NCBI GenBank assembly: GCA_963741445.1
Contig: CAVUIE010000004.1
Span: 187,756 to 251,755, forward strand
Direction of reading: 5' to 3'
Source of the DNA: an uncultured Chloroflexia bacterium
Lineage (GTDB): Bacteria > Chloroflexota > Limnocylindria > Limnocylindrales > CSP1-4
Length of the DNA stretch: 64,000 nucleotides
Position numbers and translations under genes: made by a program. Positions within the stretch are counted from its first letter, which is position 1, and every line of letters begins with the position of its first letter. A model generated the notes under the pieces. That model was not told the origin of the DNA. It did not search any database and saw only the letters and a list, made by a program, of their open reading frames with translations. Positions 1 to 14,369 of this stretch are shown piece after piece.

Positions 1-489
1 GGCGGCATCCGAGAGGCCCATGTGCTGGCGGATGGCCTCGGCGATCTGGTAGCCGATGGTGAGCGTCGGGTTCAGGCTGGTGAGCGGGTCCTGGAAGATG
101 AACCCGATCTCCTTGCCGCGCAGCTTGCGGATGCCGTCATTGTTGAGCTTGAGGACGTCGATCCCGTCGAAGGTGATGGAGCCGGCGACGATCCGGCCCG
201 GCGGGTTCGGCACGAGCCGGGCGATCGAGAGCGCGGTCACGCTCTTGCCGCAGCCGGACTCGCCGACGAGGCCGAGCGTCTCGCCGTACTTCATGTCGAA
301 GCTGACGTCGTCGACCGCCTGGACGACCCCGCTGGGCGTGAAGAAGTGGGTCGACAGGCCGCGGACCTCGAGGAGGACGTCGGAGGCCCGTTCGGTCTTC
401 TCGGACGCCTGCAGCGAGGCGCCCGGTTCGAGGACGCCCGGCGTCACTTCGATGATCGTCGGGCGTTCGGCTTCAGGGACGTCGGCGTC
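1..489 (-). CDS. dppD: Oligopeptide/dipeptide ABC transporter ATP-binding protein, DppD/OppD-like. The 3' end lies outside the window.
   Basis: The minus-strand translation contains a Walker A motif (GESGCGKS), LSGGQ-region neighbours and the oligopeptide-ATPase N-terminus ('[19 protein letters not shown]'). A TTG/GTG start overlaps the dppC stop at 499-501. Confidence 0.8.
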
Positions 490-501
490 GGTCGTCGCCA
501 A

Positions 502-1440
502 CTACTGCTTTCCCTTCAGCTTGGGATCGAGGGCGTCGCGCAGGCCATCGCCGAGGAAGGTGAAGCTGATCAGGGCGATCGCGATGCAGATGGCCGGGAA
601 GAGCACGAGGTGCGGCGAGGACAGGATCACCTTCTGGCCGTCGGCCACGAGGCTGCCCCACGAGGCGCGCGGCGCCTGGACGCCGACGCCGATGTAGGCG
701 AGGGTCGCCTCGGCGAGGATGGCGGCGGGGATGCCCAGCGTCACCGCGACGATGATGGGGCCCATCCCGTTGGGGAGCAGGTGGCGCGTGACGATCTTGC
801 GGTCCGACACGCCGATCGCCCTCGCCGCCTCGACGAACTCGGTCTCCTTGAGCGCCAGCATCTGCCCGCGGACGAGTCTGCCGACGGTGACCCAGCTGGT
901 CAGGCCGATGGCCACGAAGACGAGCAGCAGGCCGTCCATCGCCTTGCCGAACGCGGTCTCGCTGAAGACGACCGACAGCAGGATGATGAAGAGCAGGTCC
1001 GGGAACGCGTAGATGACGTCCGTGAACCGCATCAGGAGGTTGTCCGTGCGTCCGCCGAACCAGCCGGCGGCAGCCCCCAGCGGCACGCCGATGGTCAGGA
1101 CGACGACCTGGACCACGATCGCCACGGTCATGCTGATCCGCGCCCCGTCGAGGAGCCGGCTGAGCAGGTCGCGCCCGATCTGGTCGGTCCCCAGGATGTG
1201 GCCGGGGCTGAGCGGTGGCAGCGGCCGTCCGCCGTTGCCGACGACGGCCTTGAGGTCCTGCTCGGTGTACGGATACGGCGCGATGTACGGCCCGATGATC
1301 GCGATCACGAAGAGCGTGATCACCGAGAACAGGCCGACCATGGCCAGCTTGTTCTTGCGCAGCCGGCCGAACGCCTCCCGCCACAGGCCCGTGGAGGTCC
1401 GCGGTCGCGCGATGGTCCCCTGGGCTGCCTGGGTCGCCAT
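502..1440 (-). CDS. dppC: Oligopeptide ABC transporter permease DppC/OppC. The gene is intact at 312 aa.
   Basis: The ORF-track protein 502..1440 has a BPD-transporter signature ('EAARAIGVSDRKIVTRHLLPN') and multiple TM helices. Confidence 0.85.
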   Translation of the reverse strand: MATQAAQGTIARPRTSTGLWREAFGRLRKNKLAMVGLFSVITLFVIAIIGPYIAPYPYTEQDLKAVVGNGGRPLPPLSPGHILGTDQIGRDLLSRLLDGARISMTVAIVVQVVVLTIGVPLGAAAGWFGGRTDNLLMRFTDVIYAFPDLLFIILLSVVFSETAFGKAMDGLLLVFVAIGLTSWVTVGRLVRGQMLALKETEFVEAARAIGVSDRKIVTRHLLPNGMGPIIVAVTLGIPAAILAEATLAYIGVGVQAPRASWGSLVADGQKVILSSPHLVLFPAICIAIALISFTFLGDGLRDALDPKLKGKQ

Positions 1441-1455
1441 GCTCGTCGCTCCTAC

Positions 1456-2374
1456 CTAGCTGTAGCGGATCCGGGGGTCGATGTACGCGTACAGCACGTC
1501 GACCACGAGGTTGAGGAAGGCCACCGCGAAGGCATACAGGATCGTCATCGCCATGAGCACACCGTAGTCGTGCTGGCTGATCGACGTGATGTAGTAGCGG
1601 CCCACGCCCGGGATGGCGAAGATCGTCTCGATGATGAACGAGCCGGTGACCAGGAACGCGAGCGTCGGACCGAGGATGGTCACGACCGGGATGAGCGCGT
1701 TGCGGATCATGTGCCGGGTCACGACGTTGCCGTCGGCCACGCCCTTGCTCTGGGCGGTCCGGATGTAGTCCTTGCGGGTCACCTCGAGCATCGAGGCTCT
1801 CGTGTATCTCGCGATGACGGCGATCGGGAAGCCGGCCAGGGCGATCGTCGGGAGGATCCACGTGTCCGGGCCCTTCCAGCCCTTGGTGGGCAGGACGTGC
1901 AGGGTCACCCCGAAGAAGAGGATCAGCAGGATCGCCAGCACGAAGCTCGGCATCGCGATGCCGATGATCGAGATGCCGGTCGAGAGGTAGTCGGGCCAGC
2001 GGTTGTGCCCGAGGGCGGCGAAGATCCCGAGCGGGATCCCGACGATCACCGACAGCGCGAAGGCCATCAGCCCGAGCTGGATCGTGACCATGAGGCCGCC
2101 GCCGACGATGTCGTTGACGGAGCGGTCGACGAACTTGTAGGACGGGCCGAGGTTGCCCTGCAGCAGGTTGCCCGACCCAGTGGATGTACTGGAGCGGGAT
2201 CGGGTCGTCGAGGCCGTACTTCGCGTTGAGCGCCGCGATCACGTTGGCCGGGAGGGCCTTCTCGCGCGCCCAGGGACCACCCGGGACGGCGTGCATGAGC
2301 GTGAACGTGATGATCGAGACCGCGAAGAGGACCGGGATGATCCACAGCAGGCGACGGATGAGGTACCTGGTCAA
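1456..2374 (-). CDS. dppB: Oligopeptide ABC transporter permease DppB/OppB, with an apparent single-base frameshift near 2170-2180.
   Basis: The N-terminus ('MTRYLIRRLLWIIPVLFAVSIITFTLMHAVPGGP...QYIHWVGQ') is in one frame. The rest ('LLQGNLGPSYKFVDR...IDPRIRYS') is in another. The break falls in the repeat 'ggcaacctgctgcagggcaacctc'. Confidence 0.8.
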
Positions 2375-2525
2375 CGTCTTCCTCGATCGTCCTGGGTTCG
2401 CGCCGTGTCCGATGGTGAGGTCATGTCGCGACCTGGGCCCTGCAGCGCCGACGGCGCTGGAGGGGCCGGGTCGCGGGGTGGGACGCGGAGCGCCCCACCC
2501 TCGTGACGACTAGGTGCCGAAGCTC

Positions 2526-4259
2526 CTAGTGCTTCGCGATCGAGATGTTCTCGTAGAACAGGTCGCCGATGACGACCGAGTCCTGTCCGGTGCCGATGAC
2601 ACCCTGGACCCACGGGCGGACCTCGTAGTTGCTGATGCGCCAGCGGGTGAAGACCGCCGGGGCGTCCTCGACGAGGAGCTCCTGTGCCTGGTTGTAGAGG
2701 GCGATGGACTTGGCCGCGTCCGGCTCAGCGCCGGCCTGGGCGACGAGGGCGTCGAACTCGGGGCTGTTGTACCCCTCGTCGTTGTTGCCGCTCTCGCTCT
2801 GGAAGAGCGCGCGGAGGAAGTTGTCCGGGTGCGGGTAGTCCGCGCCCCAGGCGTTCCGGGCGATCGAGAAGACGTTGCTTCGGGCGGTCGACGACGAACT
2901 GGTCGAACGTCTCGCCCTTGAGCTCGCTCTTGACGCCCAGGTTCTTGTTCCACTGCTCCTGCATGTACGCGGACGTGATCTCGTGACCGGCGTCCGTGTT
3001 GAAGCCGAAGGACAGGACCGGGACCTGGCTGACGTCGCTGTAGCCGAGCTCGGTGAGCGCGGTGGCCAGCTCGGCCTTGGCGGCCGTCGACGTCGTACTT
3101 CAGGCCGATCTCGGGCTGGTGACCCGGCATGCCGGGCGGGATCGGGCTACCGGCGACGACACCCTGGCCGCCGTAGACGGTGGCCATCATGGTGTCCTTG
3201 TCGATCGCCATCGAGAGCGCGCGACGGAAGTGCTTGTTCGCCGTCGGGCCCTTGGTGGTGTCGAAGCCCCAGTAGTCGAAGACGAGGACCGGCTGGGTCT
3301 TGACGAGCGGGCCGAGCGTGGCGTCGGCCTTGATCCGCGGCACGTCCGGCGGGTTCGCCGCCAGCATGTCGAGCTCGCCCGCCTCGAAGGAGGCCTGGTT
3401 CGCCGTGGGATCGCCACCGATGGAGTAGTGGATCTCCGTCAGGGTCGGCTTCTGGCCGTACCAGTTCGGGTTCGGCACGAGGACGATCTCGGACTGGTGG
3501 GTCCAGGACTTCATCATGAACGGGCCCGAGCTGACGAAGTTCTCAGCCTCGGTGAAGTTGGGGGTCTCGACCCACTTCTTCTGGATCGGCGCGGCGCCCC
3601 AGAGGGCGACGATGTCCAGGAAGTACGCGGCCGGGTGGGCCAGCGTGATGGTGAAGGTCTTGTCATCCGGGGCGGCGACGCCGAGCTTGGCGAGGGCCGC
3701 GTCGATGTCCGCATCCGTCGGGGCCGGCTTGGCGCCGGTCATCTTGATGAGGTCCGCGGCGCCGACGACCGGCTCCAGGAAGGCCTGGTAGGTCGAGGCG
3801 GTGCGCGGGTCGGCGAGACGCTGCCACGCGTAGACGAGGTCCGCGGCGACGATCGGGTCGCCATTGCTGTACTTCGCGTCGCGAAGCGTGAACGTGTAGT
3901 TCAGGCCGTCAGCCGAGATCTTGGGGAGCTCGGTGGCGAGCGACGGGACCGGGTTGAGGTCCTTGTCGAAGTAGATCAGGCCCCGGTTGAGCGCGTGCAG
4001 CACGCCGATGTCGGTGCTGGTGGACGCCTTGCTGGGGTCGAGGGTGTCCGGGTCCTCGTTGCCGAGGGTGACCCGGAGGACCTGCTCGTCGGCGAGCTCA
4101 GCCGCCGGCGACGCCGAGGCGACTCGGCTCTTCCGAGGCCGAGGCTGCCGGGCTCTCCGCCGGGGTGGAGGCCGCCGGGGAGGCGCTGCTGGTCGAGCCG
4201 CCACAGGCGGTCACGATCATCACGCCGGCCGCGAGCAGGCCGAGTAGTCGTTTCTGCAT
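2526..4259 (-). CDS. dppA: Family-5 solute-binding lipoprotein DppA/OppA-like, with at least three apparent frameshifts (around 2910, 2975 and 4115).
   Basis: A lipoprotein signal 'MQKRLLGLLAAGVMIVTACGG' sits at 4259 behind a GGAGGAAA RBS. SBP_bac_5 sequence follows through to a C-terminus 'GDLFYENISIAKH*', with the stop at 2526-2528. The body is spread over three frames. Confidence 0.8.
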
Positions 4260-4439
4260 CAACTGTTTCCTCCGAACGGGTGGATACCCGAGTGTTCTCC
4301 CGCAGACACGACCGTTCCCATGCGTTTTCCCAATGTCCGCCCGGTAGGTCCCGCTCATGGACCGGATCGAGACTCCCACTCGATCGGGTTTCAGGGCGAG
4401 CCGAGGCGACAGCACGGTTCGGGTCGGTGCGCTGCCGGT

Positions 4440-4468
4440 ACTATCCACAGCGCCCCATGGGCTGTCAA
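4440..4468 (-). promoter_or_regulatory. Candidate sigma70-type promoter of the dpp operon (TTGACA-17 bp-GATAGT). It precedes a 5' leader of about 170 nt.
   Basis: The minus-strand sequence reads TTGACAgcccatggggcgctgtgGATAGT, in a GC-poorer intergenic stretch between the gcvPB stop and the dppA start. Confidence 0.4.
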
Positions 4469-4515
4469 CCTCGACCTAACGAACGTTCGTACGGCGACGT
4501 GCGCGAGCGTCGGCG

Positions 4516-6019
4516 TCAGTCCGGGCACGGGGTCTGGGCGCCGGTCATCGCGCGCCAGCGCAGGTTCGGCTGACGCGCCGCGGTCGCCTCGTCGAGGCGC
4601 CGGACCGGGGCGGTGTGCGGGGCGCCCGTGACCATCGTCCGGATCGCGCTCGGCCTCGGCGACGATCTCGGTCAGGGCGTCGGCGAACGCGTCGAGCGTC
4701 TCGACCGATTCGGTCTCCGTCGGCTCGATCAGCATCCCCTCGTCGACGATGAGCGGGAAGTAGATCGTCGGCGGGTGGAAGCCGTGGTCGATGAGCCGCT
4801 TGGCGATGTCCAGGGTCCGGACGCCGGTCCGCTTCTTGATCGACGTGGCCGACGCCACGAACTCGTGCTTGCAGGCGCGGTCGTACGGGATGTCGAACGT
4901 CCCGGCGAGCCGGTGCTTGAGGTAGTTGGCCGCGAGGACCGCGTCGTCGCTGACCTCGGCGAGGCCCGTCCCGCCGTGGGCGCGGATGTACGCGTACGCG
5001 CGCACGAGGACGCCCGGTGTTGCCGACGAAGCTGCGCAGCCGCCCGATCGAGGTCGGCCGCTCCCCTTCCAGCTCGAGGCGGAAGGTGCCGTCGTCCTCG
5101 CGCAGGACGCGCGGCGTCGGGAGGAACGGGACCAGCCGCTCGCCGACGCCGACGGGACCGGCGCCCGGGCCGCCGCCGCCGTGGGGCGTGCTGAACGTCT
5201 TGTGGACGTTGAAGTGCATGACGTCGAAGCCGGCCTCGCCGGGCTTGAAGCGGCCCAGGATCGCGTTGAGGTTCGCGCCGTCCATGTAGGCGAGCGCGCC
5301 GGCCTCGTGGACCGCGTCGAGCAGCTCGCCGATCCGCGCCTCGAACAGGCCGAGCGTCGACGGGTTCGTGATCATCACGGCGGCGGTCCGCGGGCCGAGG
5401 GCGGCCCGGAACGCGTCGACGTCGACGCCGCCGTCCGCGGCGGACGGGACCGTGATCGTCGTGAAGCCGGCCATCGACGCGGTCGCCGGGTTCGTGCCGT
5501 GCGAGCTGTCCGGGACGAGCACCTGGTCGCGGTCGGCGTCGCCGCGCGCGCGGTGGTAGGCGCGGATCATCAGGATCCCGGTCAGCTCGCCCTGCGCCCC
5601 GGCCGCGGGCTGGAGGCTGACCGCGCGCATGCCGGAGATCTCCGCCAGCGCGCCCTCCAGCTCCCAGAGCAGCTGCAGCGTCCCCTGCGCGACGGCGTCC
5701 GGCGCCAGCGGGTGCAGGTTGGCGAAGCCCGGCAGGCGGGCGGCCCACTCGTTGAGCTTCGGGTTGAACTTCATCGTGCACGAGCCGAGCGGGTAGAACC
5801 CGGTGTCGACCGCGAAGTTCAGCTGCGACAGGTTGACGTAGTGGCGGACGACGTCGGGCTCGTTCATCTCGGGCAGCGCCGGCGGATCGCTCCGCAGCGC
5901 GCGCCGGCCGGGATGCGGTCGAGCGCGTCCTTGGGCGGGTGCGGGATCTTGCCGCCGCCGCGACCGGGGCGGCTGCGCTCGAACAGGGTCGGCTGGAGGC
6001 GCGGGCCGGTGACGCTCAT
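4516..6019 (-). CDS. gcvPB: Glycine dehydrogenase (decarboxylating) subunit 2 (GcvPB), with frameshifts around 4610, 5015 and 5890.
   Basis: The N-terminus is '[22 protein letters not shown]'. The core includes '...[14 protein letters not shown]...'. The C-terminus is '...AERDPD|[27 protein letters not shown]'. Confidence 0.85.
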
Positions 6020-6029
6020 GCGCGGACCC

Positions 6030-7439
6030 CGCGACCGTGCCCGCGCCGGCCTCGACGGCGGTCGGCGGTCGCCCTGGAGGACGTCGCCGAGGGCCTCGGC
6101 GAACCGGGCGATCTCGGCGCTCGTCGTCACCTCGGTCGCGCAGACGAGCAGGCCGTCGGCGAGCGATCGGGTCGTCGGGGACCGCGTCGGCGAGGACGAG
6201 GCCGGCGAGGACGCCGTGGTCGAGCAGGCGCCGGTGGACCGCGGGCGCGTCGGGGACCCGGACGACGAACTCGTTGAGGTACGGGACCGGGATGGAGCCG
6301 CGGGGCGCCGACGGCCGGCGAGCGCCGCCTCGAGCTCGGCCGCCCGCGCGGCGCCGAGCGCGGCCACGTCGCGCAGCCCGTGCGGGCCGATGACGGCGAG
6401 GTAGATCGAGCGCGGCCAGCGCGAGCAGCGCCTGGTTCGTGCAGATGTTGCTGGCCGCCTTGTCGCGGCGGATGTCCTGCTCGCGCGCGCGCATCGTCAT
6501 GACGAACGCGCGCTGGCCGTCGAGGTCCGTGGTCATGCCGACGAGCCGGCCGGGGATCTGGCGGACGAGCGCGTCGGTCGAGGCGAGGATGCCGAGGTAC
6601 GGGCCGCCGTACTGCGGCGCGATGCCCGAGCGGCTGGCCCTCGCCGGCCGCGATGTCGGCGCCGTAGGCACCGGGCGGCGCGAGGACCGCCAGGCTGACC
6701 GGCTCGATGACCGCGACGAACAGCGCGCCGGCCGCGTGGGCGAGCTCGCCGATCGCGGGCATCGGCTCGAGCAGGCCGAGGAAGTCGGGCTGCGCGGCGA
6801 TGACGCCGGCGACCGGCCGGTCCGGATCGGCGAGCATCCGCGCCAGCGCCTCGAGGTCGGTGGTCCCGGCGGCCGGCCCGTCGGCGACGAGCGGGATCTC
6901 GTCGAGCTCGAGGCCGCCCGCCGAAGTAGGTCCGCAGCGTGCCGCGGTAGTGCGGATGGACGCCCGCGGCTGACGAGCACCCGCTCCCGGCGGGTCGCGC
7001 GGCAGGTCATGAGCGCGGCCTCGGCGGTCGCGGCCGCGCCGTCGTAGTGCGAGGCCGAGACGACGTCGAGGTCGACCAGCTCGGCGATCAGCGACTCGTA
7101 CTCGTAGATGCTCTGGAGCGTGCCCTGGCTGACCTCGGGCTGGTACGGCGTGTAGGCCGTGTACCACTCGCCGCGCAGCAGGAGCTGGTCGACGGCGGGC
7201 GGGCTCCAGTGGCGGTAGACGCCGGCGCCCAGGAACGACACGAGGTCGGTCCGGTTGCGCCCGGCGAGCGCGGTCAGCCGCGCGGCGAGCTCGAGCTCGG
7301 GCTCGGGCGGCGGCAGGTCGAGCGCGCGACGCGCGGAGGCGCCTCGGGGATGTCGGCGAAGAGCTCGTCGACCGAATCGAGGCCGATGGCCTCGAGCATC
7401 CGCGCCCGATCGGCGGCGGTATGGGGACCGTAGGGCATC
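6030..7439 (-). CDS. gcvPA: Glycine dehydrogenase subunit 1 (GcvPA), with multiple frameshifts.
   Basis: The N-terminus '[34 protein letters not shown]' begins at 7439. GcvPA-like sequence continues across several frames down to the gcvPB start. Confidence 0.8.
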
Positions 7440-7446
7440 TCGGCCG

Positions 7447-7828
7447 TCAGCCCGCGGCGATGAGCGCGTCGTAGGCGGCCGCGTCGAGCAGGTCGTCGAG
7501 CGCGCCGGCGTCGGCGACCCGGACGCGGATCATCCAGCCCGCGTCGTACGGGTCGCTGTTGACCAGCTCCGGGCTGCCGCCGAGCGCGTCGTTCGTGGCG
7601 GTCACCTCGCCGCCGACCGGGGCGAACAGGTCGCTGACCGCCTTGACCGACTCGACGACGCCGAACGTCCCGGCCGCCTCGAGGGCCTTGCCCGACCGCC
7701 GGCAGCTCGACGAAGACGATGTCGCCCAGCTGGTCGGCGGCGTAGGCGGTGATGCCGACGATCGCTTCGTCGCCGTCGAGGCGGACCCATTCGTGGTCCT
7801 TGGTGTAGCGCCGGTCATCGGGGACCAT
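7447..7828 (-). CDS. gcvH: Glycine cleavage system H protein, with a frameshift around 7700.
   Basis: '[43 protein letters not shown]' lies in one frame. '[29 protein letters not shown]...' with the lipoyl-lysine region lies in another. Confidence 0.85.
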
Positions 7829-9012
7829 CGCGGGCGTACCTCCTCCTGGTGCGGCGCGATGCCGCAGGCGACCAGCGGTCGGACCGTGCCCGACGCCTAC
7901 GCCGGGCGGCGGTAGAACGGCAGGTCGACGACCCTCGCGGGGACCCGCGCGTCGCGGATCTCGACGTCGACCATGGTACCCGTCTGCGACATCGCCCGGC
8001 GCGACGTAGGCCATCGCGATCGGCACGCCCAGGGTCGGCGACTGGGTCCCGCTGGTGACCACCCCGGTCCGCCGGTCGCCGACATGGACCGGGTACCCGT
8101 GGCGGGCGATCCCGCGGCCCTCGACGACCAGGCCGACGAGGCGCTTCGACGGCCCGTCGGCGGCGATCCGCTCGAGCGCGGCGCGCCCGACGAAGTCGCC
8201 CGGCCTTGTCCAGCTTCACGACGCGCGCGAGGTTCGCGTCGAACGGCGTCGTCTCGAGGTCCAGCTCGTTGCCGTACAGCGGCATCCCGGCCTCGAGCCG
8301 GAGCGTGTCGCGGGCGCCCAGCCCGACCGGCACGCCATCGGCGTGCGCGCACGCCGTCGAGCAGCGCGTCCCACAGCTCGCCGGTCCGGGCCGTGTCGAC
8401 GAAGACCTCGAAGCCGTCCTCGCCCGTGTAGCCGGTCCGCGCGACCAGGGCCGGGATGCCCGCGACGCTGCCCTCGGCGATCGCGTAGTAGCGCAGGCCC
8501 GCCGAGGTCGACGTCGGTCAGCGGCGCGAGGATCTCGCGCGACCGCGGGCCCTGGACGGCGACGAGGCCGGTCGCCAGCGAGCGGTCGTCGAGGACGGCC
8601 TTGAACGGCTCGAGACGCTGGGCGAGCGCGTCGGAGACGACGTCGGCGTTGCCGGCGTTGGCGACGACGAGGAACCGGTCCTCGGCCGAGCCGGTAGACG
8701 ATCAGGTCGTCGATGACGCCGCCGTCGGGCGCGCAGATCATCGAGTAGTGGGCGCGGCCGATGGCGAGCGACGGCGGATCCGTGACGAGGGCGGCGGCGA
8801 GGCCGGCACCGGCGTCGGGGCCCTCGACGAACAGCTCGCCCATGTGCGACAGGTCGAACAGCCCGGCGCGCTCGCGGACGGCCTTGTGCTCCTCGAGGAT
8901 CGAGCCGTACTGGACCGGCATCAGCCAGCCGCTGAACTCGATGAGCCGCGCCCCGAGCGCGACGTGACGGTCCTGGAGCGGCGTCTGCCTGGGGCGCCTC
9001 CGGCTCCGTCAC
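7815..9012 (-). CDS. gcvT: Aminomethyltransferase (glycine cleavage T protein), with frameshifts. A GTG start overlaps the nudix stop as GTGA.
   Basis: '...[52 protein letters not shown]...' is a GcvT N-terminus. The C-terminal part is in other frames. Confidence 0.85.
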
Positions 9013-9477
9013 GAGGCGTCCCCGGCGACGCCCTCGGCAGCGCCGGCCACGAGCTCCGCGGCCCGGCTCACGAGCGCGCGCTCGGTCTCGAAGGTCAGGA
9101 CGGAGGCCGCCTCGTCGAACGGGATCCAGCGGACCTGCTCGAACTCGTGGTCGTGGTCGCGCCAGGTCGCCGCCGGTCGGCTCCATCAGGAAGTAGTGGA
9201 CCGTCTTGTGGATGCGCGTCCCGGACTGGACGAAGAAGTACTCGATCGAGTCGAGCGGGCCGGTGATCCGCACCTTGAGGCCGGTCTCCTCGGTCACCTC
9301 GCGGATCGCGGTCTCCTCGGTCGTCTCGCCGCTCTTGGGCGTGCCCTTGGGGAGGGTCCAGGTCCGGCCGTCGCGCTCGCGACGACGGCAGCCGACGACG
9401 AGGTATGGCTCTCCGGCCTCGTGACGAACGACGACCCCGCCGGCGGAAGTGGCGGTCGTGGTCCTCAGCCGCGCCAC
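9009..9477 (-). CDS. Nudix hydrolase, with a one-base insertion near 9135 after the Nudix box.
   Basis: The Nudix box reads 'GETTEETAIREVTEETGL'. The tail 'DWRDHDHEFEQVRWIPFDEAASVLTFETERALV...' is in a shifted frame. The break falls in 'ggcgacCtggcg'. Confidence 0.7.
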
Positions 9478-9785
9478 GGCGCCGAGGCGGCGCTGGGACG
9501 CCGGGCCGCCGCGGCCCGCTCGGAGCGGGTCCAGTGCATCACGATCGCGTGATGGGGGCGACCAGTCGATGGACGCGGGCCGGCCGGCCGGATCGAGCGC
9601 CAGCGCCCGCGCAGGCTCGTCAGCGGCGCCACGTCCGGGCGGCGCAGGACGGTCGCGGTCGTGACGGCGGGGCGGAACGCGGAGGCCGAGACGAGACCCA
9701 GCCGCCGCTCACGCGCCCGGGCCGAGGCACGGACGAAGTGGGCCGCCGGCCGGGCCGCGTACTTGGCGGCGATGCTGTGGTCCAT
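9465..9785 (-). CDS. Small Arg/Ala-rich hypothetical ORF of 106 aa between nudix and the DUF2520 gene. It may be non-coding.
   Basis: The ORF-track entry starts 'MDHSIAAKYAARPAAHF...'. It has no recognisable domain and overlaps the nudix start. Confidence 0.2.
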   Translation of the reverse strand: MDHSIAAKYAARPAAHFVRASARARERRLGLVSASAFRPAVTTATVLRRPDVAPLTSLRGRWRSIRPAGPRPSTGRPHHAIVMHWTRSERAAAARRPSAASAPWRG

Positions 9786-9806
9786 CGAGCCTATGGTACC
9801 GGTTCA

Positions 9807-10866
9807 GTCCTGCCTTGCAAGGGCGGCACGCACGACTTCGGCGCGCTCCGTTGCCAGCGTGCCACGGGCCACGGCCAGGTCCATCTCCCGCTCCGCCAGC
9901 GCCCGATAGAGCGGCAGCGCGCCGGGGGCGCTCGGCGCGCAGCGCCGCGAGGTGCGCGTCGAGCGTCCCGATGTCCCCGCGGGTGATCGGCCCGGTCAGG
10001 GCCGCCGCGATCCCGAGGGCCCGGGCGTTCCCCAGCGTCCCCTCGATGAGCGGGCCGTAGATCGCGAGGGCGCCCGCCTCGTCGAGGCCCGCCACCCGGC
10101 CCAGCGTCGCGATCGCGTCGAGCAGCGCGACGAACCCGCCGGCCGCGAGGACCGCGGCGGCGTGGTAGGCCGCCTTCGAGCCCGGCGCGAGGCGGACCGG
10201 CCGGGCGCCGAGCGCCTCGGCCATGTCGGCCAGCAGCGCCGCCAGCTGGTCGTCGGCCTCGATGGCGATGGTCGCACCGTGGAGCGCGGCGACCGCCCGC
10301 TCCGTGTCGGCGAAGGCGACCAGCGGATGGAACGCGCCGACCTGCGTGCCGGCCGCCTGCGCCGGCGCGAGGACGTCGGCATCGAGCGCGCCGCTGGTGT
10401 GGACCATGGCCTGGCCGCTGTACATCCGGATCGTCCGCGCGAGCGGCGCGATGGCGTCGTCGGGGACCGCGACGATGACCAGCTCGACGTCGTCGAGGAG
10501 CGCCTGCGGCTCGGCGAAGGCGCGCACGCCGTCGACCTTCGAGCGGAAGCGCTCGCGGCGGGCCGCGCTCCGGCTGGCGACCGCCTGGATCGGCCAGCCG
10601 GCCCGGGTCAGCGCCACCCCGAGCGCGGTCCCGACCGCGCCCGCGCCGATGATCCCGATGACCGGCGGCTCACCCGGCTCGGCGTGCCGATGGGGATGCT
10701 GATGGTCGCTCTCGTGGACCTCGTCGCCGTGGCGGTGCGAGCCGGGCGGAGCCGGGTCGAGGTCGATGCCGGCGGCCTCGATCGCCGCTTCGGTCTCGTC
10801 GCGCGCCTGGGCCGTCGCCGGGTCCTCGCCCGGCGGCTCGCGCCACGCCCTCATCGGCCGGCGGCC
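9807..10866 (-). CDS. Rossmann-fold NAD(P)-binding oxidoreductase (DUF2520 / ProC-like family) with a His-rich N-terminal extension. There is a frameshift in a CCCCC run near 9890.
   Basis: The dinucleotide-binding motif reads 'VIGIIGAGAVGTALGVAL'. The His-rich stretch 'SHRHGDEVHESDHQHPHRH' precedes it. The C-terminus '...LAALRAER|PGALPLYRALAEREMDL...RQD*' is in a shifted frame. Confidence 0.55.
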
Positions 10867-10926
10867 GCGATGGTCGGACGGTCGCGGTACGCTTGCACCC
10901 GTCGAGTGTAGCGAGCCAGCGAGGAA

Positions 10927-13775
<2,849 letters not shown>

Positions 13776-13781
13776 CGGCGC

Positions 13782-14117
13782 CTACGCGCTGAGGCGCCGG
13801 CGGCGCTTCGCGGTCGGGGCGTCCACGTGGAGCCGATAGCCGGCCAGCGTGCACGACGCCAGCATCAGGTTGCGCGCGGCCGCGTGGGCGTCGCCGTGCT
13901 CGCTCGCGTCGGTCCAGCGCTCGAGGCAGGTGCGGACGGTGTCGTCGGCGACCTGCTGCGCGCCGGGACCGGTCGCGGCGCAGACCTTGATCATGTTGTC
14001 GACGACGCGCGACATGCCGGACCCGAGCGTGCCCGCCCGGTAGCTCTGGATGACGTCGTCGGCGCCCTGCTGGGCGACGAGGAGACCGATCTCGGTGGGA
14101 ACAGGAGCGGCGAGGGC
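13782..14117 (-). CDS. Hypothetical small Cys-containing protein.
   Basis: The ORF reads '...[60 protein letters not shown]...'. I recognise no domain. The start could be the GTG at about 14117 or the ATG at about 14012. Confidence 0.3.
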   Translation of the reverse strand, partial: ALAAPVPTEIGLLVAQQGADDVIQSYRAGTLGSGMSRVVDNMIKVCAATGPGAQQVADDTVRTCLERWTDASEHGDAHAAARNLMLASCTLAGYRLHVDAPTAKRRRRLSA

Positions 14118-14369
14118 CACGTCGGGAGACTCCGGGTAGGGATTCGAGGCCCTTCGATCGTGGCGTCGGGAGCCGCTGGGTCCTAGGCCGAACCCCGGCA
14201 GACCCGGGCGCGGCGGATTGCGCGGTCCCGGCAACCGCCGCCGGCGATCCTGGGACGGCGCGAAGCCCCCGGAGGGAGATCCGGGGGCTTCGCTTACGCG
14301 GGGAGGAGGACCGCGTTCGAACCTCAGACGCGGCAGGTGGCCGCGGCGTGACGCGAGCGCCGACGAGGC

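Noticed and set aside
22-2229. Very long plus-strand ORFs in the track, all antisense to real minus-strand genes. Examples are 22..2229 (735 aa), 3053..4573, 4926..6404, 18863..20881, 21096..23309 and 54686..56899.
   Set aside because: Their translations are low-complexity R/G/A/D/P-rich products with no motifs. The opposite strand encodes clearly recognisable ABC transporter, GcvP, Fts/Mur and MCM proteins. Long stop-free antisense frames are expected at about 72% GC.
9478-9806. A glycine riboswitch upstream of the gcv operon.
   Set aside because: Neither strand contains the conserved aptamer core strings. The region is instead occupied by a possible small ORF.
13776-13806. The hairpin GGCGCCT-N8-AGGCGCC after the acnA stop, considered as an intrinsic terminator.
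   Set aside because: It has no U-tract on either strand and it overlaps the last codons of the convergent minus-strand ORF. At most it is a weak candidate.
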